The position numbers were made by a program, and so were the translations under genes. A stretch of 63,701 nucleotides of DNA, filler included, from Octopus bimaculoides (Eukaryota): NCBI RefSeq assembly GCF_001194135.2. It is 5 parts of 4 records of this genome, joined end to end, with 100 filler letters (N's around TTAATTAATTAA, not from the genome) between each part and the next. Parts side by side here need not be neighbours in the genome. Positions count along the whole stretch, not along the records: positions 34,644 to 59,896 come from NC_068998.1; positions 59,997 to 62,222 come from NW_026421665.1; positions 62,323 to 63,701 come from NC_068983.1; 2 more parts are not named here. One strand, 5' to 3'. Under the pieces are notes generated by a model, which was not told where the DNA came from, did not search any database, and saw only the letters and a list, made by a program, of their open reading frames with translations. Shown piece after piece: positions 51,386-63,701 of this stretch (positions are counted from its first letter, which is position 1; each line of letters opens with the position of its first letter).

Positions 51386-52381
51386 GGATCTCGAAGCTAT
51401 AAATAAACTTATAAAATAACGACGTGTAAATATTGGGTTTAAAAAAACCTTAGGATAGAAAAAGTCGAAGGCTTTCTCGAGACTCGATCCCACAATCCCT
51501 GCAAACATGACAGGTGTTCCAGCATCGGACCGAACGAAAACCTTCGATTGTATTCCTTTTAAAAATTTTATTCTCTCAGCGAGAAATGTCTGATGTTGTT
51601 GTTTTAAGTATTTGCAAGCTTTGAGGGGACATGAAATGACTTTTTTGGTTCATGTCGCACGGGCAGCCTTTGATTTATGCATCCAAAGGGCTTTTTTTTA
51701 ATACCCAATGCTTACACATTATCATTTATAGCTTTATCTGCTTCGAGATCCACCGTTCCAAAAAAGAATTATTTCACGTTCTCTCGAAGCTTGTATTTTT
51801 TATGACGTCAGCACAGTTAATGTTTTTATACATGTATATATTTACATAAATAGGATTTTTGTAATAATGATCTAAATAAGAAGACAAAAGAATCTTTTAA
51901 CACATCTTTAAGGATTCGTTACAGCCGTTTCGGTACCAGTTCTGCCTGCAACACCCGTTTACGCAAGAATTCGAAGTGAGAATTTATGTAATGAATATAT
52001 ACATAAATACATACCTACATGTGTGTGTGCGTGTGAGCGCGCGCGTGTGTGTATACGCGCACAGACACACACGCACAGACACACACACACAGAGTTACAG
52101 AGATACAGGCAAAGAGAGAGAAAGAGTGAGAGAGAAACGGAGAGAGAGAGAGAGAGACGGAGAGTGAGAGAGAGGGACAAAGAGAAAGAAAGAGAGAGAG
52201 AGAATGACAGTGAAGTTGATATTCAGATAACCGGAAGAAGCGGTCTGACACTAAAATGCAAATAATAATAATAACAATAATAATAATAATAATAATAAAT
52301 AAATAATAATGATAACAATAATAATAAATAATAATAATAATGATAACAATAATAATAATAATAATGATGATGATGATGATG

Positions 52382-52438
<57 letters not shown>

Positions 52439-52474
52439 AGAGAGCGTGACAGTAGGCATGAGTGATAAGTGAGT

Positions 52475-52514
<40 letters not shown>

Positions 52515-52924
52515 TAGAGAGAGGTGATAGAGAAAGAAGAATGAAGATGCGAGTAACGGGAGAAAGAAAGAAGGAGAGAGGGGAGGTATGGAGGGAGGGA
52601 GGGGAGAGTGTATACTGAAGTGAAGTGACAGGTGAGATATAAATGTGTAGTAAATCTAGCGTGATTGTGTCAGTGGTCAGTTTATCGGACATGATAGATT
52701 GCTGTTCCTTTAAATCACAGAAAGCAAGGGGTCAAAGTTTAACCCACATTAGCCCCTTAAATAGTCCTATAAAAACATTCTCCTAAAACATCTTTATTTG
52801 CTTCCTAATTATTCTGCTCGTTCGTAGAGGCACAAGATCCAGACACAGTTTTCGTTTTTTTCTTCTTTTTCTTTCTTTCTTTTTTTTTCTTTTCTTTTTT
52901 TTTTCTCAAGAAAAACTTAGAAAG

Positions 52925-53020
52925 AAGCAGGCATGGCTGTGTGGTTAAGGTGCTCGTTCGGCAACCTCGTAGTTCCAAGTTCAATCTCACTGCATAGCAC
53001 ATTGTCCAATTGTTTCTGTT
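52925..53020 (+). mobile_element. SINE family B head, degenerate
   Basis: gcaggcatggctgtgtggttaag...gttccaagttcaatctcactgc. Confidence 0.55.
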
Positions 53021-53021
53021 T

Positions 53022-53063
<42 letters not shown>

Positions 53064-53083
53064 GCACACACATATACATGTTC

Positions 53084-53168
53084 ATTATTTACATTATTTA
53101 CATTTGACGGATATTTGCCCTCATCTTCTTTCTTGTTAACACAACGTTTCGGCTGATATACCCTCCAG
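53084..53168 (-). mobile_element. Truncated copy of the Penelope-like LTR fragment seen at 23.35-23.44 kb
   Basis: Minus strand ctggagggtatatcagccgaaacgttgtgttaacaa...gcaaatatccgtcaaatgtaaataatg aligns with 23363-23440; the CTGATGA core is lost. Confidence 0.7.
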
Positions 53169-54061
53169 GATAAATAATGTAAGTAATGTAAATAATATAA
53201 ATAACGTATATAATTCCTCATCTCTTAAATATAGAACAGTATTGTGCATATATATATATATATATNNNNNNNNNNNNNNNNNNNNNNNNNNNNNNNNNNN
53301 NNNNNNNNNNNNNNNNNNNNNNNNNNNNNNNNNNNNNNNNNNNNNNNNNNNNNNNNNNNNNNNNNNNNNNNNNNNNNNNNNNNNNNNNNNNNNNNNNNNN
53401 NNNNNNNNNNNNNNNNNNNNNNNNNNNNNNNNNNNNNNNNNNNNNNNNNNNNNNNNNNNNNNNNNNNNNNNNNNNNNNNNNNNNNNNNNNNNNNNNNNNN
53501 NNNNNNNNNNNNNNNNNNNNNNNNNNNNNNNNNNNNNNNNNNNNNNNNNNNNNNNNNNNNNNNNNNNNNNNNNNNNNNNNNNNNNNNNNNNNNNNNNNNN
53601 NNNNNNNNNNNNNNNNNNNNNNNNNNNNNNNNNNNNNNNNNNNNNNNNNNNNNNNNNNNNNNNNNNNNNNNNNNNNNNNNNNNNNNNNNNNNNNNNNNNN
53701 NNNNNNNNNNNNNNNNNNNNNNNNNNNNNNNNNNNNNNNNNNNNNNNNNNNNNNNNNNNNNNNNNNNNNNNNNNNNNNNNNNNNNNNNNNNNNNNNNNNN
53801 NNNNNNNNNNNNNNNNNNNNNNNNNNNNNNNNNNNNNNNNNNNNNNNNNNNNNNNNNNNNNNNNNNNNNNNNNNNNNNNNNNNNNNNNNNNNNNNNNNNN
53901 NNNNNNNNNNNNNNNNNNNNNNNNNNNNNNNNNNNNNNNNNNNNNNNNNNNNNNNNNNNNNNNNNNNNNNNNNNNNNNNNNNNNNNNNNNNNNNNNNNNN
54001 NNNNNNNNNNNNNNNNNNNNNNNNNNNNNNNNNNNNNNNNNNNNNNNNNNNNNNNNNNNNN

Positions 54062-54128
<67 letters not shown>

Positions 54129-54139
54129 TGTATGGGAAG

Positions 54140-54295
54140 GAATATGGCTCAGTAGCTAGAGCGTCGGGCTCACAATCATGAGGTAGCAAGTTCGATTCCC
54201 GGACTCCGGCTGCGTGTTGCGTTCTTGAGCAAGACACTTCATTTCACGGTGCTCCAGTTCACCCAGCTGTAGAAATGAGTTGCGACGTCACATGG
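54140..54295 (+). mobile_element. tRNA-derived CORE-type SINE 5' part
   Basis: A box TGGCTCAGTAG, B box GTTCGATTCCC, then CORE-like cttgagcaagacacttcatttcac.gtgctccagttcacccagctgtagaaatgagt. Confidence 0.8.
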
Positions 54296-54744
54296 GACTT
54301 TTGGCTCTCCAAAGTTGTCTTGGTGTATAAGTCGACCGACCTGTCTTGGCTGTAAATTCTAATCTCAAAATTTCGAACTGCTGGGAAATACAGCCATTCC
54401 GGTTCAAGGCTGACAAAGACATATCTTTCGAGATGAGATGTGACGCATGTATCGCATCACAAAAGGCGACTATTTCTATCAATGTTGTTACCATTCTCTC
54501 ATTTGCCGGACATGTAATCATCTGTATGATGAACGTTTCTACTCCGAGTTTCTGTTTTAGTGGATTAGTCCTGCCACCATTACTTCATGGAGAACAGCCC
54601 CGCCCCCAGGAGTATCTAGCCAGGTGTTCGTATCCTAATTTAATGTTATCATTTTCTATTTTGGCTGCACACGTGATGTGGACATTTGTTCATTTACTGG
54701 TTTATGTATTTAAATGTACGCATTGTAATATGTACAGATACAGC

Positions 54745-54794
<50 letters not shown>

Positions 54795-55512
54795 NNNNNN
54801 NNNNNNNNNNNNNNNNNNNNNNNNNNNNNNNNNNNNNNNNNNNNNNNNNNNNNNNNNNNNNNNNNNNNNNNNNNNNNNNNNNNNNNNNNNNNNNNNNNNN
54901 NNNNNNNNNNNNNNNNNNNNNNNNNNNNNNNNNNNNNNNNNNNNNNNNNNNNNNNNNNNNNNNNNNNNNNNNNNNNNNNNNNNNNNNNNNNNNNNNNNNN
55001 NNNNNNNNNNNNNNNNNNNNNNNNNNNNNNNNNNNNNNNNNNNNNNNNNNNNNNNNNNNNNNNNNNNNNNNNNNNNNNNNNNNNNNNNNNNNNNNNNNNN
55101 NNNNNNNNNNNNNNNNNNNNNNNNNNNNNNNNNNNNNNNNNNNNNNNNNNNNNNNNNNNNNNNNNNNNNNNNNNNNNNNNNNNNNNNNNNNNNNNNNNNN
55201 NNNNNNNNNNNNNNNNNNNNNNNNNNNNNNNNNNNNNNNNNNNNNNNNNNNNNNNNNNNNNNNNNNNNNNNNNNNNNNNNNNNNNNNNNNNNNNNNNNNN
55301 NNNNNNNNNNNNNNNNNNNNNNNNNNNNNNNNNNNNNNNNNNNNNNNNNNNNNNNNNNNNNNNNNNNNNNNNNNNNNNNNNNNNNNNNNNNNNNNNNNNN
55401 NNNNNNNNNNNNNNNNNNNNNNNNNNNNNNNNNNNNNNNNNNNNNNNNNNNNNNNNNNNNNNNNNNNNNNNNNNNNNNNNNNNNNNNNNNNNNNNNNNNN
55501 NNNNNNNNNNNN

Positions 55513-55589
<77 letters not shown>

Positions 55590-56205
55590 ATATATATATA
55601 ATATATATATATATGTATATATATGTACGTAGAAACTGATGTGTGTGTGTGAGTTAGTCTTAGTGCTTGAGTATGTGTACGTGTGTATGTGTGTGTGTGG
55701 TTGTGTGTGTGTATGTGTGTGTGCGCGCGCGAGTGAATTAGCAAATGGTTCTTACAAAGAAAAACGGAGTTGAATTTCAGAAAATACTACGGTATCTTCA
55801 ATAGAGAAAGGGGGGGAAAGAGAGAGAGGGAAAGAGCGAGAGAAAGAGAGAGAGAGGAAGAGAGAGTGAAAGAGAAAGAGAGAGAGAGAGAGAGAGAGTG
55901 AGAGCGAGAGAGAGCGAGAATGAAAGGAGAAACGCGCATACGTGCAGCCGTTAAACTATATTAAACATTACACCCGTTAAACTATATTGCCGGAAAGCAT
56001 GCGTGTGTCTGTGTCTGCGTATACATACATATATATATATATATATACACACACATATATATGCATATATATGAATGGACGTATGTTTACACACACAAAC
56101 GCGCGCGCGCACACATATATAATCATTTTAAACTTCCGTTTTCTGTTCCTCATTCCACACTTCACTGATTATATTATATTAACATGATATACACCACCAT
56201 CCAAA

Positions 56206-56273
<68 letters not shown>

Positions 56274-56358
56274 TAATATAAGTATACATGTATGTATTTA
56301 CATATGTATGTACATATATATATATGTATATACATACATACATACACACACACATATA

Positions 56359-56411
<53 letters not shown>

Positions 56412-56984
56412 NNNNNNNNNNNNNNNNNNNNNNNNNNNNNNNNNNNNNNNNNNNNNNNNNNNNNNNNNNNNNNNNNNNNNNNNNNNNNNNNNNNNNNNNN
56501 NNNNNNNNNNNNNNNNNNNNNNNNNNNNNNNNNNNNNNNNNNNNNNNNNNNNNNNNNNNNNNNNNNNNNNNNNNNNNNNNNNNNNNNNNNNNNNNNNNNN
56601 NNNNNNNNNNNNNNNNNNNNNNNNNNNNNNNNNNNNNNNNNNNNNNNNNNNNNNNNNNNNNNNNNNNNNNNNNNNNNNNNNNNNNNNNNNNNNNNNNNNN
56701 NNNNNNNNNNNNNNNNNNNNNNNNNNNNNNNNNNNNNNNNNNNNNNNNNNNNNNNNNNNNNNNNNNNNNNNNNNNNNNNNNNNNNNNNNNNNNNNNNNNN
56801 NNNNNNNNNNNNNNNNNNNNNNNNNNNNNNNNNNNNNNNNNNNNNNNNNNNNNNNNNNNNNNNNNNNNNNNNNNNNNNNNNNNNNNNNNNNNNNNNNNNN
56901 NNNNNNNNNNNNNNNNNNNNNNNNNNNNNNNNNNNNNNNNNNNNNNNNNAGTCGAGGGATTACTGCATTATTAATAATACTGGT

Positions 56985-57145
56985 TTCAAATATTGGCACA
57001 AGGCCAACAATGTCTGGTCGGTGGATAAGTACTCAGCTGGTACTTCTTTTATCGACCCTGAAAGGATGAAAGGCAAAGTGAACCTCGGCGGAATTTGAAC
57101 TCAGAACGTAACAATGGACGAAATACCGGTAAGCACTTTTGCTAG
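56985..57145 (-). mobile_element. SINE family A (head truncated by adjacent family B copy)
   Basis: ggcacaaggcc...agctggtacttctttatcgaccctgaaaggatgaaaggcaaagtgaacctcggcggaatttgaactcagaacgtaa. Confidence 0.8.
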
Positions 57146-57147
57146 GC

Positions 57148-57537
57148 TTACTCTTTTACTTATTTCAGTCATTTGACTACGGCCATGCTGGAGCACCGCC
57201 TTTAGACGAGCAAATCGACACCAGGACTTATTTTTTGTAAGCCTAGTACTTATTCTATCGGTCTCTTTTTGCCGAAAAGCTAAGTTACGGGGACGTAAAC
57301 ACATCACCATCGGTTGTCAATCGATGTTGGGGAGACAGACACAGACACACAAACACACACACACACACATATATATGACGGGCTTCTTTCAGTTTCCGTC
57401 TACCAAATCCACTCACAAGGCTTTGGTCGGCTCGAGGCTATAGTAGAAGACACTTGCCCAAGGTGCCACGCAGTGAGACTGAACCCGGAACCATGTGGTT
57501 GGTAAGCAAGCTACTTACCACACAGCCACTCCTGCGC
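57148..57537 (-). mobile_element. SINE family B, full length
   Basis: Continuous reverse match from tail (ctcttttact...ttcagtcatttgact..ggccatgctggagcaccgcctttag) to head (ggtaagcaagctacttaccacacagccactcctgcgcct). Confidence 0.9.
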
Positions 57538-58129
57538 CTTCTGCCAGCTCACCGTTGTATTCCGAATATTAATGATAATAATAATCATAATTTCTTATAT
57601 TAACATTGATGAAGGCGAAAGATGCTTTACAATTTATGATGGTGGTTGTTGAAATTTTACTGTAACAATGGCCGCAATAGAAGTGAAATAGAAAAAAAAA
57701 AAGAAAGATGAACCAACGGTGGAATGTTTTCATTGATATATCTTGTGAGGAAGGGGGGAAGGAAAAGAAGGTCGTCCCATCTATCTTTCTTCTCAACCGG
57801 AATAAATCCCTTCCCTTAGCCCTCTCCTTACTATGTTTCCCTAATTGAATACCAACGCATTTATCTAGATCTCCCTTATTCGCCTCCCCTTTTTTATGAC
57901 GGCAGATACATAATTTGTTTTAGCCCTTCCTTTCTTCCTTCTTTCCTTTTTTTTTGCCTCCCTCCTTTCTTGACAATTACAACATGGATCAATCATACAG
58001 ATGGAACACATTTTTGTAATTATTTATTTATTTATTTATCTATTTATTTATTTATTTATGTTCTTTAAGCCCCGACCCCCTCACTTTTGCCACTGTTCTT
58101 GCGATATGTTATATACGACTATACAGGTG

Positions 58130-58182
<53 letters not shown>

Positions 58183-58479
58183 TCAATTCTTTCTCTGGCA
58201 AATATTTCTACACTAGTATTAAGGTGTTTAACGATACAGTATTGGCCTAGTACACCAAAGATAAGCTTAACGCTTGCTTTAGCCCATCAGGAACAAGGGA
58301 ACACTAAGCTTGATGGCCATTTTACAGAATTAGCTTGGACTTAACACAGCTTAGGGTTTTGTAAATATAGGCCCAAGTTTACATATTTAAAAGGAAGAAA
58401 CTGAGGATTGTAATAAGACAAGCTGACGACTGATTTTTATTTTAGCGATCCTGAATCCATGAATCCAAAATGTGTCCAA

Positions 58480-58950
58480 CAACGGTGGTAGAACTGATAA
58501 ATCTAGATTTCTGCTTCCTTTAGCGCCGTCAGTAGCAAAAACTCAGAAGCAACCGCATACCCAGACAAATTCATCTTCCACCGATATACAAAAATAATGA
58601 TCAACAAATCTCCGGTGCTGCAAATACCCGGCAGGTTGTGTAAATACCCGTCATTAGCGACAGAAACAGAATTATTTCACAATAGCACTCCGTCGCTATG
58701 TAATATCAAATGTCAAGAAAATCTTAAATCATTTCCTCTCTGACAAAAATATTCCAAACTATCTAACAGGTACAATATAAAATTTAGCGACTGCTGCATG
58801 ACTAATGTGGATACACTATTACATGTAGCGGGCAGTATGATCCACCAAAATACGCAAAACTAGTTTATTAGCACAGGAACTCAAAAATCAATTCCGCGGC
58901 CAATGATAAAAAATAATTCTCACAGCCTAAGAAGTAGACGTGACAACTTC
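58480..58950 (+). mobile_element. Penelope-like element coding relic (RT C-terminal/linker region)
   Basis: Frameshifted translation ...VISNVKKILNHF.../KLSNRYNIKFSDCCMTNVDTLL resembles the Penelope motif NV.TNIG..FL...DKHFP....KIFNRN.VK.SYSCM.N...II (by eye). Confidence 0.5.
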
Positions 58951-59501
58951 AACTGCCAAACTAAGTTACGCCCCAAGTTTAAGCTATAAATTATTTTCAG
59001 TTAGACTTAAAAGAAAAATAACATTACCAAGCTATATATTGCAACTGGAATTTACACCCTCGATAACTTTACGTTTTTCTATACTGCACTTGAGAAACAA
59101 GAAAGTCTTTTGTTCAAAGTTCTATGGTTCCTGTAAATATTAAAATGAAAAATTTTTTGACTGCAAGGAAAAAGTAAGTAAAATGAAAAGTGAAATAAAA
59201 AGAAAACCCCAGATTATCTTAAAGAAGAAAAAAAAAACAGAACTAATCTCTAACTACTGTCATGAAAGTAAATCCATTTTGTCAAACATCAATAGAACTG
59301 CCAAACAAGACAAAATATACGTAAACAGATGATAAAACATAGAATTCAGTAAACAAGCATTCAGTATGTAAAACAAACTGGAAGTCAGCAATATGTCAAA
59401 ACAGGGTGATAAACGTTCTTGAGGGCTGCTCCATCCGACGAACGTTCAAGAATAGGGACACGGGGTTGAGTGAAGGAATACTGTAAGCTTCAACATGAGC
59501 T

Positions 59502-59560
<59 letters not shown>

Positions 59561-59672
59561 CACACACAGAGGGTTATAATAGGTTACCCTAAAATTTGTA
59601 AACTGTTGAGCACTTTTGTGACCTGCGTAGCCAGAATATATTATACTTAACGGTGGTATGTCTGGTATCATA

Positions 59673-59722
<50 letters not shown>

Positions 59723-59777
59723 CATATTTACATATATATACATATATACATATATATACATATATATATATATATAC

Positions 59778-59808
<31 letters not shown>

Positions 59809-59827
59809 CATATATACATATATATAC

Positions 59828-59890
<63 letters not shown>

Positions 59891-59896
59891 CATATA

Positions 59897-59996
59897 NNNN
59901 NNNNNNNNNNNNNNNNNNNNNNNNNNNNNNNNNNNNNNNNTTAATTAATTAANNNNNNNNNNNNNNNNNNNNNNNNNNNNNNNNNNNNNNNNNNNN
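59897..59996. other. Artificial assembly join linker
   Basis: 44 N + TTAATTAATTAA (59941-59952) + 44 N. Confidence 0.9.
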
Positions 59997-60294
59997 AGTA
60001 ACAGTTAGTTCATGATATATATGTACGTATGTATGTGTGTATGCATGTATGTCTGTATGTACATGTGTGCGCATATGCATGCCTATATGCATGTATGTAT
60101 ATATGTATGTGAGTATGCACGTATGTACTTATGGATGTTCGTGAGTAATAGAGTAAGTGTGTAGACGTGTTTGTGTGTGTGTACATATGTATGTACATGT
60201 GAACGTATGTTTATGTACTGATATGTGTGTCAGTTCAGGTTGTATACATGACTGTTACTTTGTTGAAGGTTGTATATACACACACATACATTAT

Positions 60295-60452
60295 ATCACT
60301 GTAACTTAGGAGTTCAGCAAACGAAATCGATAGAATAAGTATCAGATTTAAGAAAAATGAGTACCGGGGTTGGTTCATTCAAGTAAAGTAAATTATTCTA
60401 GGCATTGCCCCAGCATGGCCACAGTCTAATAACTGAAACAAGTAAAAGATAA
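60295..60452 (+). mobile_element. SINE family B 3' part
   Basis: ctgtaacttag..gttcagcaaacga..cgatagaataagta...ccagcatggccacagtcta..aactgaaacaagtaaaag. Confidence 0.7.
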
Positions 60453-62169
60453 AAGTTAAAATTGCGAAAAATTGGAGTAAATGTAACTTGTCGCAGCTTT
60501 GATATGTTAGTCTGTTAGAGAATCTCATCATTGCTGTAGTAAGAAGGCTTACTACTAAGTCAAGGTGAAAAAAAGGCAAATAGTAATAAGACTTGCATGA
60601 AATTTATCATGGATGACTCAAGTAAAAGAATGAACTTTGCTGAATAAAATGACTTGCATGAGCCTTACCCCTCTTGTTCTTCCTCTGTTACTACTACGTA
60701 TCTCCTTTTCCCCCTCGTATTTCCTCTCTTTCTCTTTTCCTCTCGTTGCTCACCTTTTCTTCTACTTCCTCCCTCTCTTTCTCCCTCTACCACTCTCTCT
60801 CTTCCCTTTACACCGGCATGGTCACATGCTTCCGGTCAATAATCCTTTCCTTCCTTGGCTTTCGCCAAGCAACGCACGCCACCACTTTGTCTCTCTCGGT
60901 TCCGTGCCTCATCGCGTTCATACACACATAATTTTTCTCGTCTGGCCGTAAAGCCTTTTCTGTGTGTGGGAATGAAGGCCACTATTGGGGNNNNNNNNNN
61001 NNNNNNNNNNNNNNNNNNNNNNNNNNNNNNNNNNNNNNNNNNNNNNNNNNNNNNNNNNNNNNNNNNNNGTGTTAATGTCAACCAGAGAACTTGAATTGTT
61101 GGAAATGTTTTTAACTTGGGTCTTATAGTATGCCTGTATATATGTGAGAGTATAGTTTCACTTTAATAGTTTCAGTATGAAATTGAAAGTATTAAAGTGA
61201 AAGTATTTGAAATTACAGTAGCAACTCTAGAGGTATTCTTCAACCTTTGTCATGAAGCACTCTTTGCATGTACACTGCATCATTCTTAAGTTACATTTTC
61301 TCACACTGAATAACAACAAATGGAATAAGAGAAAGTGAAGAGGTCCTTTAGATACTTATTCTGACATTTTTAAACATAAAAATTTGAGAATTGTCTACAC
61401 TGTCCATCAAAGCCAGAAAGAGTGATTTTACCTTTCATATATTGCATCATGTTGTTACAAGTCCAACAACATTTCAGAATTTGCAGCTCTGCAAACACAT
61501 ATAGAAATATATGTTTCTTGTAGATTTTATGCAGTCAGTGGCCTCTATGGCAAAAACAGCAGTCTCATAGTCATTAGCAACCACAGAAGTTTTCTAGCCA
61601 TTTTGCTGCAAGTTTGTAGATTTTTAGTCCATTTGCATTATAAGAATATCATGACAAAAACTAACAGAAAATTTCAAACACCAAGCTCAGATAATAATAT
61701 TTTAAAAAATCAATATAGAAGTTAGCTAGAATAATGCCATTTTCACTTAAACCATATGCACAGGGAATATGTGATATAAGAATAATCAGTATGTATAATA
61801 GGATCATTTATTGATGAAGTGACAGAAATAGTTTTTCCATAAATTTCTGAAAACTGCAAGATATATGTGCAGTGCATGTATCTAACTTCACACAACATAT
61901 ATAATCAGGCAACATGTATACACACATACATGTGCGTGTATGGCTATCAGTCTCGTTATGTCTATCTATCTATTTCTCTCTAAGAATCTGACAAGTCATC
62001 CATAGAGCTAAGTGTTTTATGGATGCGAGACCATTAGTCACTCTATGACCGATATATATTTAACTGCATATAAATACATTACTGCTTTATGCTTTAGAAT
62101 GTGCTTCTACTTCTGATATATGATACACTGATAATATATATATATACACATATATATATACATATATAC

Positions 62170-62222
<53 letters not shown>

Positions 62223-62322
62223 NNNNNNNNNNNNNNNNNNNNNNNNNNNNNNNNNNNNNNNNNNNNTTAATTAATTAANNNNNNNNNNNNNNNNNNNNNN
62301 NNNNNNNNNNNNNNNNNNNNNN
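62223..62322. other. Artificial assembly join linker
   Basis: 44 N + TTAATTAATTAA (62267-62278) + 44 N. Confidence 0.9.
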
Positions 62323-62357
<35 letters not shown>

Positions 62358-62558
62358 TTGTGTGTCTGTGTTTGTCCCCCTAACATTGCTTGACAACCGA
62401 TGTTGGTGTGTTTATGTCCCTGTAACTTAGCGGTTCGGCAAAAGGACCCGATAGAATAAGTACTAGGCTTACAAAGAATAAGTCCTGGGATCGATTTGCT
62501 CGACTAAAGGCGGTGCTCCAGCATAGCCGCAGTCAAATAACTGAAACAAATAAAAGAG
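62323..62558 (+). mobile_element. SINE family B 3' half (5' lost at linker)
   Basis: (TG)n...gtccccctaacattgcttgacaaccgatg...aaaggcggtgctccagcatagccgcagtcaaataactgaaacaa. Confidence 0.88.
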
Positions 62559-63024
62559 TAGCATTCACAACAGCAGTATATTCCTTTCTATACACTTTGT
62601 TCAGCGTTCTTTTCAAAATTCTAAAATAAATTATTTTGGTATGAAAAATTGAATTATGCCTTCTGAATTTTCTTGGACCTTCACTTTCTTCACCGTGACA
62701 TTCATTCAATCGTGAATTTTATAACATTTAGTACATGTTCCAAAGAAGTGTTGACTTTCTGTACTTTGCTACATTGGTGACGCATAGTAACTTTTGCTGA
62801 ATTGGTGACTTACCATTTTTTATAGCATAACTTTGCTACAGAAAGTATGTTTTGCACCTATATTGAATACATTTCGTTTCGCTTGAACTTCGAGTGTGTA
62901 CGTTTTGCTGTTTTCAATATTATCAGTTCTATGATAATATGTGTATGTGTCTGTGAGTGTGTATGTGTTTCTGCTTTCGTTACGTCTATAGTAAACTATT
63001 GTAAAGAATATTTTCTGCTGTTTT

Positions 63025-63250
63025 AATGAGGTAGCCATCCTTATGGTTGGTGATCCCAATGAAAATCATGATATTCTCATTCGTGTTCGAGATAACAACC
63101 TTAAACATGTTTCACAGACTCGTCCCTCTTATGATGCTCTCCAGTATAATCATACTCGGTGGAATGGACAAGATGGGTATCATTTCAATATTCCACGAAT
63201 TGAACCTGCAACAGGAAAGTCAATTACAAGCAAAAAAGTGTCGTCAAATG
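63025..63250 (+). mobile_element. Helitron RepHel coding fragment (N-terminal to the Rep domain), non-autonomous relic
   Basis: Translates NEVAILMVGDPNENHDILIRVRDNNLKHVSQTRPSYDALQYNHTRWNGQDGYHFNIPRIEPATGKSITSKKVS, matching the characteristic Helitron block NEVA..(R)DI...R...L..ISE.H.SYDALQYP....GEDGYH...KKVS. No flanking Rep or helicase motifs seen. Confidence 0.88.
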
Positions 63251-63561
63251 TTATAACCAGAACAATCAAATCAATTACACATGTCAAATAAACTTTATTT
63301 TCATTTACATATTTTCTGCATTATCTCAACAACCAGCTATAGTTATTTGAAATACAATTCTCAACAGTGACTAGGTTTTGTTAGAAAGTGAAAATAGCTT
63401 CACACTTTCAATTTGAACCAAAATTACAAAGTGTTGGATTGCGAGTGACGATGTGTGAATAATGAAAGTGATGTTTCTCTGAATTAGTGACACCGGCTGA
63501 CGATGGGAAGTGGTTTGCAATGCAAAATGCAAATATATATTTACTTTTTCGGCAATATAGT

Positions 63562-63701
63562 GAAGGTGCATGGCTCAGTGGTTAGACCGGGCTGCGCGTT
63601 GTGTTGGCTTTATTCACGCTGGTCCAGTTCACTCAACTGTATAAATGAGTTTCGACGTCAATGGTACAAAACTGTATCAGGCTTTGCCTTTCCCTTGGTT
63701 A
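63562..63701 (+). mobile_element. CORE-type SINE, internally deleted, cut by window end
   Basis: gaaggtgcatggctcagtggttaga...ccagttcactcaactgtataaatgagtt.cgacgtca, matching the 54140 copy. Confidence 0.7.

Overview
AT-rich, repeat-dense eukaryotic genomic DNA with many N gaps. The SINE families and microsatellite load look like an Octopus (coleoid cephalopod) genome; this is my recognition, not a database result. Four identical 100-nt spacers (44 N + TTAATTAATTAA + 44 N) split the window into five assembly pieces that may not be truly adjacent. No intact, nameable host protein-coding gene is visible, and almost all listed ORFs are microsatellite or N-gap artefacts. Supported content: (i) three tRNA-derived SINE families (about 30 copies, two dense clusters); (ii) three R4/Dong-type RLE retrotransposon 3' fragments within (TAA)n arrays at 22.9-24.5 kb; (iii) a Helitron RepHel fragment at 63.0-63.25 kb; (iv) a mariner-derived MITE; (v) several Penelope-like relics and at least five minimal type-I hammerhead-ribozyme-like motifs, some with non-canonical cores; (vi) two near-perfect foldback hairpins; (vii) minisatellites. 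The least explained structure is a set of diverged paralogous segments at about 6.76, 9.37 and 12.45 kb, with weaker matches at 19.4 and 41.0 kb. Each looks like splice acceptor + short terminal ORF + conserved downstream motif, suggesting tandemly duplicated (possibly alternative) last exons of an unidentified gene. All alignments were done by eye; repeat boundaries are approximate (about +/-20 nt).
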